DNA of 63,746 nucleotides, the filler included, from Octopus bimaculoides (Eukaryota): assembly GCF_001194135.2 (NCBI RefSeq). It is 4 parts of 4 records of this genome, joined end to end, with 100 filler letters (N's around TTAATTAATTAA, not from the genome) between each part and the next. Parts side by side here need not be neighbours in the genome. Positions count along the whole stretch, not along the records: positions 43,426 to 58,700 come from NW_026364148.1; positions 58,801 to 63,746 come from NC_068981.1; 2 more parts are not named here. One strand, given 5' to 3'. A program made the translations under genes and the position numbers. Within the stretch, counting starts at the first letter, position 1, and each line of letters begins with the position of its first letter. Shown in pieces: positions 50,058 to 61,062 of the stretch. Under the pieces are notes generated by a model. That model did not search any database, was not told the origin of the DNA, and saw only the letters and a program-made list of their open reading frames with translations.

Positions 50058-50160
50058 CCCGAGGCTATAATAGAAGACACTTGCCCAAGATGCCACGCAG
50101 TGGGACTGAACCCGGGACCATGTGGTTGGTAAGCAAGCTACTTACCACACAGCCACTCCT
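50058..50160 (-). mobile_element. SINE family B head
   Basis: CCCGAGGCTATAATAGAAGACACTTGCCCAAG..CTTACCACACAGCCAC. Confidence 0.8.
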
Positions 50161-50409
50161 ATATAATATTAGGGATAAAATCCAAAATTACAGGTAAAAA
50201 CTCAATTAAAATCAATTTATTAAAAATTAAAATTAAATTAAGTTTCACAGAGTAAAATATACATAAATATATAGTTTTAGGGAAGAGAACCAAGGTTCAT
50301 GAACTCATCGATGAAAATCCATTGTCACATATAGAAAAATTAATAATTAAAAGCACAATAAATGAGTAAAATATAATACAAAGTATACGAGATAAAAAAA
50401 GGCACACAG

Positions 50410-50575
50410 AACACTGTGGAATGGTTGGCGTTGGGAAGAGCATCCAGCCGTAAAAACTATCCTGAAACAGACTGGAGCCTGGTGCAGCTCTCCAGCTTAC
50501 CAGTTCCGGTCAGACCGTCCAACCCATGCCAGCATGGAAAACGGACGTTAAATGAGGATGATGATGATGATGACT
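50410..50575 (+). mobile_element. RTE 3' tail (family D)
   Basis: GGAAGAGCATCCAGCCGTAAAAAC..CCGTCCAACCCATGCCAGCATGGAAAACGGACGTTAAATGAGGATGAT. Confidence 0.8.
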
Positions 50576-50834
50576 ACATCGACCAATGCGTCCTTCAGTA
50601 TAGTTTTCAATGGCCATGTGATATGTGGGAGATTTGGTTGCTATTTCTAGCAGATTAAGTTGATGAGGTGACCTGCTCAGTTTGTCCCTTTCCAATTCAC
50701 CACCAGCTACAAGGGGAAAAAATCTTGTGGTTGTTTGGCATGCTAGAAACAACAGCTAAATAACCTTCAAATTACAAATATTAAAAATGGATGGGGTAGA
50801 TTGTTATCTTTGTTACTTGTATATTGGGAAAAGA

Positions 50835-51440
50835 TGGGAGGGTCATAACTGGAGCATCTATGATCATAAGTCTGCTGGATCAGAACTGACCTCGGGCTAA
50901 ACAACAACAACAACAAGGAAGGGCACATTAGATAATGTAGTCCTTGATATACTATGCCTGAATAAAAGACAAGATGGTCACGGCTGGAACATCTATGATC
51001 ATAGGTCTGCTGGACCAGGACTGACCTGGAGTTAAACAAGAACAAGGAAGGACACATTAGATAATGTAGTCCTAGATACACTATGCCGGAATAAAAGACA
51101 GGATGGTCACAGTGGGAACATCTTTGATTGTAGGTCTGTCTGGATCAGGACTGACCTGGGGTTAAACAACAAGAACAAGGAAGGACACTTTAGATAATGT
51201 AGTCCTAGATACACTATGCCGGAATAAAAGACAGGATGGTCACAGTTGGAACATCTATGATCATAGGTCTGTCTGGATCAGGACTGACCTGGGGTTAAAC
51301 AACAAGAACAAGGAAGGACACATTAGATAATGTAGTCCTAGACACACAATGTCTGGATAAAAGACAGGATAGTCACAGTTGGAACGTCTTTGATCATAGG
51401 TCTGTCTGGACCAGGACTGACCTAGGGCTAAACAACAATA
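50835..51440 (-). repeat. ~132-bp minisatellite, left array (~4.5 units)
   Basis: AG(G/A)ACTGACC at 50882, 51017, 51147, 51280 and 51413. Confidence 0.9.
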
Positions 51441-52030
51441 GCTGTGGTGACTGCCCTCCCCCCCTCCAGTATGTGCGGGGTGGCATCTCCAGTGACAGTG
51501 TGTGTGAGGTGCTTGGACAGAGGTTGATAATATCTGGGTCCTGTGCCGCCACTGCCCTGCCGTCCCCATTTTAGCACCAGGCAGGGGGGGTGGCAAAAGA
51601 TAGTGGCACCGTGCCCCTCCTCCCCTCCCCCTCCCCGCCTGCTTCTATGAACATCATTTNNNNNNNNNNNNNNNNNNNNNNNNNNNNNNNNNNNNNNNNN
51701 NNNNNNNNNNNNNNNNNNNNNNNNNNNNNNNNNNNNNNNNNNNNNNNNNNNNNNNNNNNNNNNNNNNNNNNNNNNNNNNNNNNNNNNNNNNNNNNNNNNN
51801 NNNNNNNNNNNNNNNNNNNNNNNNNNNNNNNNNNNNNNNNNNNNNNNNNNNNNNNNNNNNNNNNNNNNNNNNNNNNNNNNNNNNNNNNNNNNNNNNNNNN
51901 NNNNNNNNNNNNNNNNNNNNNNNNNNNNNNNNNNNNNNNNNNNNNNNNNNNNNNNNNNNNNNNNNNNNNNNNNNNNNNNNNNNNNNNNNNNNNNNNNNNN
52001 NNNNNNNNNNNNNNNNNNNNNNNNNNNNNN

Positions 52031-52625
52031 AAGGACTACATTATCTAATGTGTCCCTCTCGTTGTTGTTGTTTTGCCCCTGGTCAGCTTCGATCCAGCAG
52101 AGCCATGATTGAAAAGATGCTCCAGCTGTGACCATCCTGTCTTTTATCCAGACATAGTGTATCTAGGACTACATTATCTAAAGTGTCCTTCCTTGTTCTT
52201 GTTGTTTAACCCCAGGTCAGTCCTGATCCAGCAGACCTATGATCAAAGATGTTCCAGTTGTGACCATCCTGTCTTTTATTCAGACATAGTGTATCTTGGA
52301 CTACATTATCTAATGTGTCCTTCCTTGTTGTTTAGCCCTAGGTCAGGTCCTGAACCAGACAGACATATGATCCAAGATGTTCCAACTGTGACCATCCTGT
52401 CTTTTATTCAGACATTGTGTATCTAGGACTACATTATCGAATGTGTCTTTCCTTGTTGTTTAGCCCTAGGTCAGTCCTGATCCAGATAGACCTATGATCA
52501 AAAATGTTCCAGCAGCTGTGACCATCCTGCCTTTTTTTTTTTATTCTGACATAGTGTATCTAGGACTACATTATCGAATGTGTCCTTCCTTGTTCTTGTT
52601 GTTTAGCCCCAGGCCAGTCTTGACC
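52031..52625 (+). repeat. ~132-bp minisatellite, right array (~4.5 units), reverse complement of the left array
   Basis: GGACTACATTATC at ~52033, 52166, 52298, 52426 and 52563. Confidence 0.9.
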
Positions 52626-52942
52626 TGTAAGTGGTAGAAGAAACCAAGCTTGAAGTAAGGACTACAATCCCAGAAAGACGTTTGTAAAGCAGGATTCTTA
52701 ACGATAGCCATGTGTGTGTATAACGTGTGTGTATAACGTGTGTGTTTGTGTAGTTTGTGTGTGTGTGTTTGTGTAGTTTGTGTGTGTGTCTTTGTGTGTG
52801 CTTCCTGCCTGTTTATAATTGTGTTTGTGTATATGTACGAGTATGTGTGTGTATATGTAGTTGTGTGTGTGTGTCTGTGTGCGTGCGTGCATGTATACAT
52901 ATACGTTTGTTGTGTATGTGTTTGTGCATATATATGTGTGTG

Positions 52943-52990
<48 letters not shown>

Positions 52991-53519
52991 AGCAATTTTA
53001 ACTCGCACACACACACACAATCTCTCTCTCTCTNNNNNNNNNNNNNNNNNNNNNNNNNNNNNNNNNNNNNNNNNNNNNNNNNNNNNNNNNNNNNNNNNNN
53101 NNNNNNNNNNNNNNNNNNNNNNNNNNNNNNNNNNNNNNNNNNNNNNNNNNNNNNNNNNNNNNNNNNNNNNNNNNNNNNNNNNNNNNNNNNNNNNNNNNNN
53201 NNNNNNNNNNNNNNNNNNNNNNNNNNNNNNNNNNNNNNNNNNNNNNNNNNNNNNNNNNNNNNNNNNNNNNNNNNNNNNNNNNNNNNNNNNNNNNNNNNNN
53301 NNNNNNNNNNNNNNNNNNNNNNNNNNNNNNNNNNNNNNNNNNNNNNNNNNNNNNNNNNNNNNNNNNNNNNNNNNNNNNNNNNNNNNNNNNNNNNNNNNNN
53401 NNNNNNNNNNNNNNNNNNNNNNNNNNNNNNNNNNNNNNNNNNNNNNNNNNNNNNNNNNNNNNNNNNNNNNNNNNNNNNNNNNNNNNNNNNNNNGCTGTAG
53501 TTTAGCACCTATTATATAT

Positions 53520-54180
53520 AAGGATGATGGTGGTGAGAACGGCTGTGACTACGACGGTGGTGAATGGTAGCGGTGGTGGGGGTGGGGGTGGGGGTAGCAA
53601 TGATGGTGGTGGTAGTAGTGGTGGAGATGATGGCAGTGGTGGTAGTGGTCATGATGATGATGGTGGTGGTGTTGGTGGTGGAGGTAGCAATGATGATGGT
53701 GGTGGTGGTGGTAGTGGTGGAGATGATGGTGGTGGTGGTAGTGGTCATGATGATGTGGTGGTGTTGGTGGTGGAGGTAGCAATGATGATGGTGGTGGTGG
53801 TGGTGGTGGTAGTGGTGAGGTTTATGATCTGTGGTGGTGGTGGTGATGATGATGATGGTGATAGTGATAGTGAAAGTAGTGGTGGTTACTTCTGACAATG
53901 ATTGTATTATTGGTAAGAATAGTGCATGGTGGAGGCGGTGGTAGTAGTGGTAGTATAGGTTCTGCTGGTGACGCACCATCTGTTGTAGTATACCACTTAT
54001 CTGCAATAATGTTCTTGATGATGATGATGATGGTAGTATTGGTCGTGGCTGGAGTGGTGGAACACAATCTGTTCACTAGTTATAGTATCTATGTGGTGGT
54101 AGTGGCAGTGGTGGCGTTGATGGTACGTCTAGTGGTTGTTGTGACAATGGTTTTGGTGGAGCTGGTTGTTCATTTTCTGA
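53520..54180. repeat. (GGT)/(GAT)/(AGT) cryptic trinucleotide field
   Basis: Direct reading; gives spurious poly-G/V/H/T ORFs. Confidence 0.85.
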
Positions 54181-54368
54181 TCCAACAGAACTATGGTTAG
54201 GCGCTCCAGCCATGACCATTCTGTCTTTGCCCTATGTACGAGGAAGCTAGGGAACCTTATTAACCAATGTGTCTGTGTTAAGTTACCAGGGGGTGTGTTG
54301 TAAGGGAGGTTTGGCTGTTATTTCTAGCAGTTTGTAAAGCATGTTAACAATTCTCCCAGCTCGCTGCT

Positions 54369-54449
<81 letters not shown>

Positions 54450-54725
54450 TACGTGCGGGTGACACGTAAAAGCACCCACTACACCAGGCTCCAATCTGAT
54501 CTGGCAGAGTTTCTAATATATATATATATATATCATCATCATCATCATCCTCATCGTTTAACGTCCGCTTTCCATGCTAGCATGGGTTGGACGATTTGAC
54601 TGAGGACTGGTGAAACCAGATGGCTGCACCAGGCTCCAATCTGATCTGGTAGAGTTTCTACAGCTGGATGCCCTTCCTAACGCCAACCACTCCGAGAGTG
54701 TAGTGGGTGCTTTGACGTGTCAGGC
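54450..54725 (-). mobile_element. Two RTE 3' tail copies (family D)
   Basis: (CAT)nCGTTTAACGTCCGCTTTCCATGCTAGCATGGGTTGGACG..CAGCTGGATGCCCTTCC. Confidence 0.8.
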
Positions 54726-54829
54726 GGTACTAATAATATTAATAATAATAATGATAATAATGAGACAAGCTGGCAGAACCCTTAGAATGCTAGACAAGAT
54801 GTTGAGTAACATTTTGTCTTCATATCATT

Positions 54830-55620
54830 TACTGTCCACTTTCCATGCTGGAATGGGTTGGATGGTTTGACAGGAAGGAACTGCACCAGGCTACAAATGT
54901 CTGTTTGGGCATGGTTTCTACAGCTGGATGCCCTTCTCAACACCAACCACTTCACAGAGTGGACTTAATGCTTTTTATGTGGCACCATCACCATTGCCCT
55001 TTATGTGGCACCATCACCAGTGCCTTTTATGTGACACCATCACCAGTGCTTTTTATGTGGCACCATCACCAGTGCATTTTATGTGGCACCATCACCACTG
55101 CTTTTTATGTGGCACCATCACCAGTGCCTTTTATGTGGCACCATCACCATTGCCCTTTATGTGGCACCATCACCATTGCCTTTTATGTGACACCATCACC
55201 AGTGCATTTTATGTGGCACCATCACCACTGCTTTTTATGTGGCACCATCACCAGTGCTTTTTATGTGGCACCATCACCATTGCCCTTTATGTGGCACCAT
55301 CACCAGTGCCTTTTATGTGACACCATCACCATTGCCCTTTATGAGGCACCATCACCAGTGCCTTTTATGTGACACCATCACCAGTGCTTTTTATGTGGCA
55401 CCATCACCAGTGCATTTTATGTGGCACCATCACCACTGCTTTTTATGTGGCACCATCACCAGTGCCTTTTATGCGACATCCTCACCAGAGCTTTTTATGT
55501 CACACCATCACCAGTGCTTTTTACGTGGCACCATCACCAATGCATTTTACGTGGCACCATCACATCATCATTGCTTTTCACATGGCACCAGCATCGACAG
55601 GGACACCAAGTACCTTGCAG
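54830..55620 (-). mobile_element. RTE 3' tail whose 3'-UTR motif is expanded into a 26-bp minisatellite (~23 units, 54970-55590)
   Basis: Unit TTTTATGTG(G/A)CACCATCACCA(G/T/C)TGC(C/T/A); period 26 (54981, 55007, 55033, 55059...), continuous with the family D tail. Confidence 0.9.
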
Positions 55621-55875
55621 GACTAAAAAAACTGTTCAATTGGAAGGGAGGGGAGTAGTATTGATGGGGGGGGGGAATGGCTTTGTGCCAGTTGAGAGAT
55701 TTAAGAAATAGGGGAGACAGATATAGCTGTTCTGCTGTAGAGTCGATACACGGATACCCTATATTATTACTATTGTTATTATTATTGGCTCTTGGTCTGT
55801 GTATTTGTGTATTTTGTATGCATATCATCTTCATATAACGTCTGTTCCATGCTCTGTGTACATGTGTTTGTGCAT

Positions 55876-55909
<34 letters not shown>

Positions 55910-56023
55910 CAAGATTTATATATATACTTGCAGATAGAATTATGTTGATATCCTTGGCATGCATGCAATATACACACAATCACACATATATACATATATA
56001 TATATATATATACTTACATATAA

Positions 56024-56055
<32 letters not shown>

Positions 56056-56071
56056 ATATATAAATATACAT

Positions 56072-56158
<87 letters not shown>

Positions 56159-56402
56159 GTTTTCTGTCTGTGTGTCCTTGACACCGGTAAACACACACCT
56201 ACTCATTCACACATTCTTATATATACACACTCATGTGCACACATACATATGTAATCGCACATGCGTGCATCACATTTTTATACACATGTATACAGACTCA
56301 CATAAACACACACACACACACCTACGCTCAAACCAATACATGCCATATTTATTTTTTCTGGACAGAATGCAAAATACACAAAAATACATATTTACTTCAC
56401 AT

Positions 56403-56454
<52 letters not shown>

Positions 56455-56760
56455 CTATCGTCATCATCTTCATCATCCTAACATCTATTTTCCATGCTGG
56501 CATGGGTTGGAGAGGTCGACAGGAGATGGAAAGGCAGAGGACTACGCTAAAGTCTGTCAGCTTTCACATGGTTTCTGCAGCCAGATTCCCTTTGTAACAC
56601 CAACAACTTTACAGAGTGTAACTGGGTGCTTTCTATGTGGCACCGGCACCACTGAGGTTACCATGTACCTCGCAAAACAAAGATGCCTTGACTTGGTGGC
56701 CATCGTATGTTGCGTTGAGAGGGCTGGCTTTGTGCCAGGTGATGAGAAGTTAAAGCTTGA
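56455..56760 (-). mobile_element. RTE 3' tail (family D variant)
   Basis: TTTCCATGCTGGCATGGGTTGG..TTTACAGAGTGTAACTGGGTGCTTTCTATGTGGCACCGGCAC. Confidence 0.65.
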
Positions 56761-56818
56761 AGAGAGGGACAGAAACAGGTTTCTTCCAACAAATTATCTC
56801 TATCCATCACTCTATCTA

Positions 56819-56849
<31 letters not shown>

Positions 56850-57074
56850 TGACCTATCTGTCTATCTTTCTCTCTCTCTACTTATCTGTCTATCTTCCAA
56901 TCTCTCTCTATCTCTCTTTCTCTATCTCTCTCTCTATCTCTCTCTCTCTGTCTATAATATCTATCTATCTATTTGTCTATCCATCTCTCTATCCATATAT
57001 TTGTCCGTCCATCCATCCATCTATCTATCCATCCATCCATCCATCAATCCCGCCCTCCCTCCCTCTATCTATCC

Positions 57075-57225
57075 GAGTCTTGGTAATTACCCCCCATGGA
57101 CAATAGCCCCACAAGGACGATTACCCCTGAGGACAACAGATGATGATTTAAACCTTCTTAATATATTAGAGAGTGGGGTAATTGTCCTAGGGGGTAGTTG
57201 TTATTGATGAGAATTGTCCTGCTAC
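57075..57225. repeat. Small MITE-like remnant with inverted GGACAATTACCCC motifs
   Basis: GGACGATTACCCC (57115-57127) and GGGGTAATTGTCC (57175-57187), plus further partial copies. Confidence 0.4.
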
Positions 57226-57384
57226 ATTATTATACAATTTATCTACATTATTAGACTATATATATTGTAAAAATATATCCTGTTTCTGCCTGTCCAACTA
57301 TCAGAGAACCAGATACACAACGATCCATATTTATTGCATGTAATAGTAAATATTAAATCCTCAGTCCTCTCTGCTGTAGACACA

Positions 57385-57530
57385 AGTCCTGAAATGTGGG
57401 GAAAGCAGCTAAATACATCAACCCCAGTGTGCAATCGATATTCGTTTCATTGATCCCGACAGACGGGGATTTGAACTCAGAACATAAAAACAACGCTAAG
57501 CATTTTGCCTGGCATGCTAACAATTCTGAT
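57385..57530 (-). mobile_element. SINE family A fragment
   Basis: TACATCAACCCCAGTGT..ATTTGAACTCAGAAC..GCTAAGCATTTTGCCTGGCATGCTAAC. Confidence 0.65.
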
Positions 57531-57546
57531 CTTATATATATATATA

Positions 57547-58308
57547 CCAGTTGTTGTCAACTTAGGACCACATTTGGTTCTGACTGACTGGTCGTAAGTC
57601 AGTTTGGTCGTAAGTCAGTTTGGTCTTAAGTCAGTTTGGTCGTAAGTCAGTTTGGTCGTAAGTCAGTTTGGTTGTAAGTCGGGCCTATAGGCCTATACAT
57701 AGCTTTGTTTTGTATTTTCACATTCCCAAGGTACATTCTCAGGTAAAAGTCACACATACACCATTCTGTTTCATACAGGGTGGTCCAAAAGTAGGTTTTA
57801 CAGTTACTCAACTATCTCTTTTGCATTCATATATTAATAGTTTCGATCTTAATTACAGAAAAATACGAAACCATTATTCTATGCTAATTAAGTTAATTTT
57901 GTCAAGCTTCCTTTTCAGTTTGTAAGATAAAAATTTAAATGTGACAAAATGTTCTAAAAGAAATTTAAAGCGCTTATGTGATAACTGTAAACCTACTTTT
58001 AGGCCACCCTGTACTATTATACTGGCGTTGGTCAAAAATTTCAGAGTATCAAGCAGTGGTCTTATAAACAAATACGAGGTTGCCTCGATGTCTCTGTGAG
58101 AGGATAGTCATCCAACACAGTGGCGATTGATAACCAAACCTAGGGGAAGGATTTGTTATCTGACATCATCCGTAGATGGGTTAATTTCTAAGAAATTAAA
58201 CCCATTAGATTTCAACTGGACAATTTATTATTGCTGCCTGGAGCTGGCGGGAAAATTATAAAGTCAATTGGTTGTAAGGCAGATAGGCTGTAAGTCAATG
58301 ACTACCTG
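57547..58308. mobile_element. Tigger/pogo-like non-autonomous element with a 16-bp subterminal tandem array (6 units, 57590-57680)
   Basis: Left end TA|CCAGTTGTTGTCAACTTAGGACC and right end GGCTGTAAGTCAATGACTACCTG both fit a CAGGTAGTCCTCGACTTACGACC-type TIR; unit GGTCGTAAGTCAGTTT. Confidence 0.6.
57776..58011. mobile_element. Tc1/mariner-superfamily MITE (236 bp) nested in the Tigger-like element
   Basis: TA TSD on both sides; ~30-bp TIR CAGGGTGGTCCAAAAGTAGGTTTTACAGTTA / TAACTGTAAACCTACTTTTAGGCCACCCTG. Confidence 0.9.
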
Positions 58309-58327
58309 CATTTAGATAGATATATAT

Positions 58328-58583
58328 GCAGGTTTGCTGTGCTTGAGAAGGCTCGTCAAGCTAAATAAAAGCATGGTTGCCCTTGCAGATATGATCCTCC
58401 CCTGCAACTCCCGCCAGCCGAGCATCCCTAATCTTGTGGGCTTGTAAGTGCTGGTGCTGCATTGAAGCACCCAGTACACTCTGTAAAGTGGTTGGCATTA
58501 GGAAGGGCATCCAGCTGTAGAAACTGTGCCAGAACAGATGTGGATCCTGAACAGCTGGTCAGCTCCTGTCAAACTGTCTAACC
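58328..58583 (+). mobile_element. RTE 3' end truncated by a hAT insertion
   Basis: TTTGCTGTGCTTGAGAAG ORF end plus family D tail, breaking off at CTAACC. Confidence 0.7.
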
Positions 58584-58690
58584 CAGCGGTTCCCAGTGGG
58601 TGGTACCGCCCCCTGGGGGTGGTGAAAGTATCCAGGAGGGGGCGTTGAAGAAAAATGGGGCAATAATGGGTTGACCAAAATGGGGCAATG
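58584..58690 (+). mobile_element. hAT (Charlie-like) left terminus, lost in a gap
   Basis: CAGCGGTTCCCAGTGGGTGGTACCGCCCCCTGGGGG; the right end is not visible. Confidence 0.5.
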
Positions 58691-58800
58691 AATATATATA
58701 NNNNNNNNNNNNNNNNNNNNNNNNNNNNNNNNNNNNNNNNNNNNTTAATTAATTAANNNNNNNNNNNNNNNNNNNNNNNNNNNNNNNNNNNNNNNNNNNN

Positions 58801-59079
58801 TACACTGGAAGCTATGCCAACACTATGGAATAACAACAGAAAAAATATGGTATAAACACACGCCAGAAAAGGTCACAGAAAACGAGAAAACACCAGGACT
58901 TACAAACATATATAACATACAGAAAATTGCACTACTGGGCACTGCATACATCTTACGCAAAACACTTTCAATACAGTAACCATAAGAGCACCACAGCAAA
59001 CCACAGCACATACTCAAGGCGCACAGAGCTGCGCTCGGTAGTGAAGTTAAAGCACGTTTTAAAAATAAAACTACTGAAC

Positions 59080-59144
<65 letters not shown>

Positions 59145-59145
59145 A
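58801..59145 (+). mobile_element. R4/Dong-type 3' end with internal deletion, 3' UTR and long (AAT)n
   Basis: HWKLCQHYGITTEKIWYKHTPEKVTENEK//TPGLTNIYNIQKIALLGTAYILRKTLSIQ*. Confidence 0.85.
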
Positions 59146-59239
59146 AGTAATAATACGATTTCATTTATATAATCTGTCGCATCTTACATATAAATAAATG
59201 AGGAAATAGTTAGATAATAAAGAAAAACTGGTAAGTGTA

Positions 59240-59780
59240 GCCGGAATACAACGAAAAGAAACCAAAAAATACATATACAAAATTTTAGAAAAAAATGAGG
59301 AGTAATAGTGATATCCTCCGGATACAAAATAAAAGCTAAGGATAATCGAAGAATTCCCCTGACCAAGGTCTCCCTGAAAACCACGATAATGTATATTGCG
59401 ATATCTGTGGATGCGCGCATAAATGACTAAGAACTAGAAAACTTTGAAAATTACAGACTACTAAAACACGAAATACGAAATTGCAAGAATGTACACTATG
59501 AGGTGAGTATATGTCATCCCAGTAGTTGTAGGGGGAACTCGGAGCACTAACAACCAAGTTAGAGCATGATATCAGTGAAAGCAGAATTGACATGTGAGCA
59601 GAGCAAGCCCTCCAAAAATTCTCTGCTGGGGTGAGCTAGGACTTTTCAACCAACTACTCAAGCTTATAACATGAAGAAAGAGACCCTGTGAGAACTCTGA
59701 CACGAAGGTGCAGTCCACTCTCATAGAATCAAGCAGGGCAAACAAGACGGAGCGTTCTGAGGGAAAACAATAATAATGAT
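59240..59780 (+). mobile_element. Second R4/Dong-type family, endonuclease region and 3' UTR
   Basis: IAISVDARIND.ELENFENYRLLKHEI..IARMY..VYVIPVVVG.LGALTTKLE; ends in an AAT-like run. Confidence 0.7.
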
Positions 59781-60264
59781 ATAATAATAATATTGGTAAT
59801 ATAAATAAGCATTACCAAATATACAATTAATTTCCAACGTTCCTGCGTAAAGACAAAATAGATCTATGAGGTTAAACAATTTTCAGTCTTCAGTCCGGCA
59901 TTTGCTGTATCGAACGGGAGAGTAATTCGTTGGACTTTTCGATACCTTCATGAATTAAGGTAAGTTAATATAGTCAATTTTCACATCAAATCCGAAGTCC
60001 CAGGTAGTATTTCTAATATAAACTTGCTATCATATTATTTGCTTGGAATAATTAATAAAAAACAAATTTTAGCTAGTTTTCTTTCGAAGTCAATATTACT
60101 TTACGCTTATTATCCTAATTCATTATAGTTCCTTATAAATCGTATACTGTTTCAACATATTTAATAACAAACAACAGTAATTCTAATGTATCAGACGCCA
60201 CTCACGTATGTGAATTACGAACAGATTTTTGATTTTATTAAGTAAGCCTAGTTGTTAAATCATA

Positions 60265-60640
60265 TTCGAGGGTCGCCAGAAGTGTTCATAGGCTGGTCAA
60301 GATACTCTCATGGAATGTGACTAATTTAGTTTTAATTTTCTACGTAATACCCACTTTCGCATCTTTATTGCAGTGCATGGATCCCATCAGTGATGAAGCT
60401 TTCATCCCGTTTGACAATAGAACAATCAACAACATGTATGACGTCATCAACACTGCGCTATTGGTTCCAAGCCAAGTGTTGAGGAATAGATGAGAGTCAG
60501 GTGCAGTCAAAGCAGGTGAGTAAGGGGAGTTATCAATCAATTCAGAGTTTCAGTCATGTACACCAACCATTTAACCCAAGTGTTGTTGCGCTGTATCGTT
60601 GTCTTGAAACAGAACACCTTTTGTCAGTTTTCCTGGGTGT
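60265..60640 (-). mobile_element. mariner transposase 3' remnant with terminal inverted repeat
   Basis: FQDN, SPYSPALTAPDSHLF (compare PYSPDLAPSDYHLF); end TTCGAGGGTCGCCAGAAGTGTTCATAGGCTG. Confidence 0.75.
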
Positions 60641-61021
60641 TTGGTTTTGAAACCCTTCATAACAGACTTTGCAAGTTAGCAAAGTATTCTCCATTGATAG
60701 TATAGCTCTTTAAATCATAGTCAGTTAACGAGATATCTTTGACATCCCAAAAAATTATGTCATAAATTTCTTTGTACAAGAAACGACGTTAACTTTCTTT
60801 GGGGCAGGTGAAGTGGAGTTTTTGTGCTGCATGCAATGTCTTTTTAGCTGTGGTTTAAAGTAATGAAGCCAAAATACTTCCTTGTTGCTTCAAACAACGT
60901 TAGATTTTCCTGTGATATAATCGCATATATATATATATATATATATATACATACTTATAGATATATATTTATGTACATATCTTTATGCGCGCGTGTGTAC
61001 AAGCACATACACACACACACA

Positions 61022-61062
<41 letters not shown>

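Noticed and set aside
53512-54200. Gly/Ser/Asp-rich or Thr/His-rich low-complexity protein
   Set aside because: Cryptic trinucleotide repeat open in several frames on both strands, with no splice signals.
54845-55711. His-rich repetitive ORFs (MWHHH...)
   Set aside because: Translation of a 26-bp minisatellite on the antisense strand of an RTE tail; no splice or start context.
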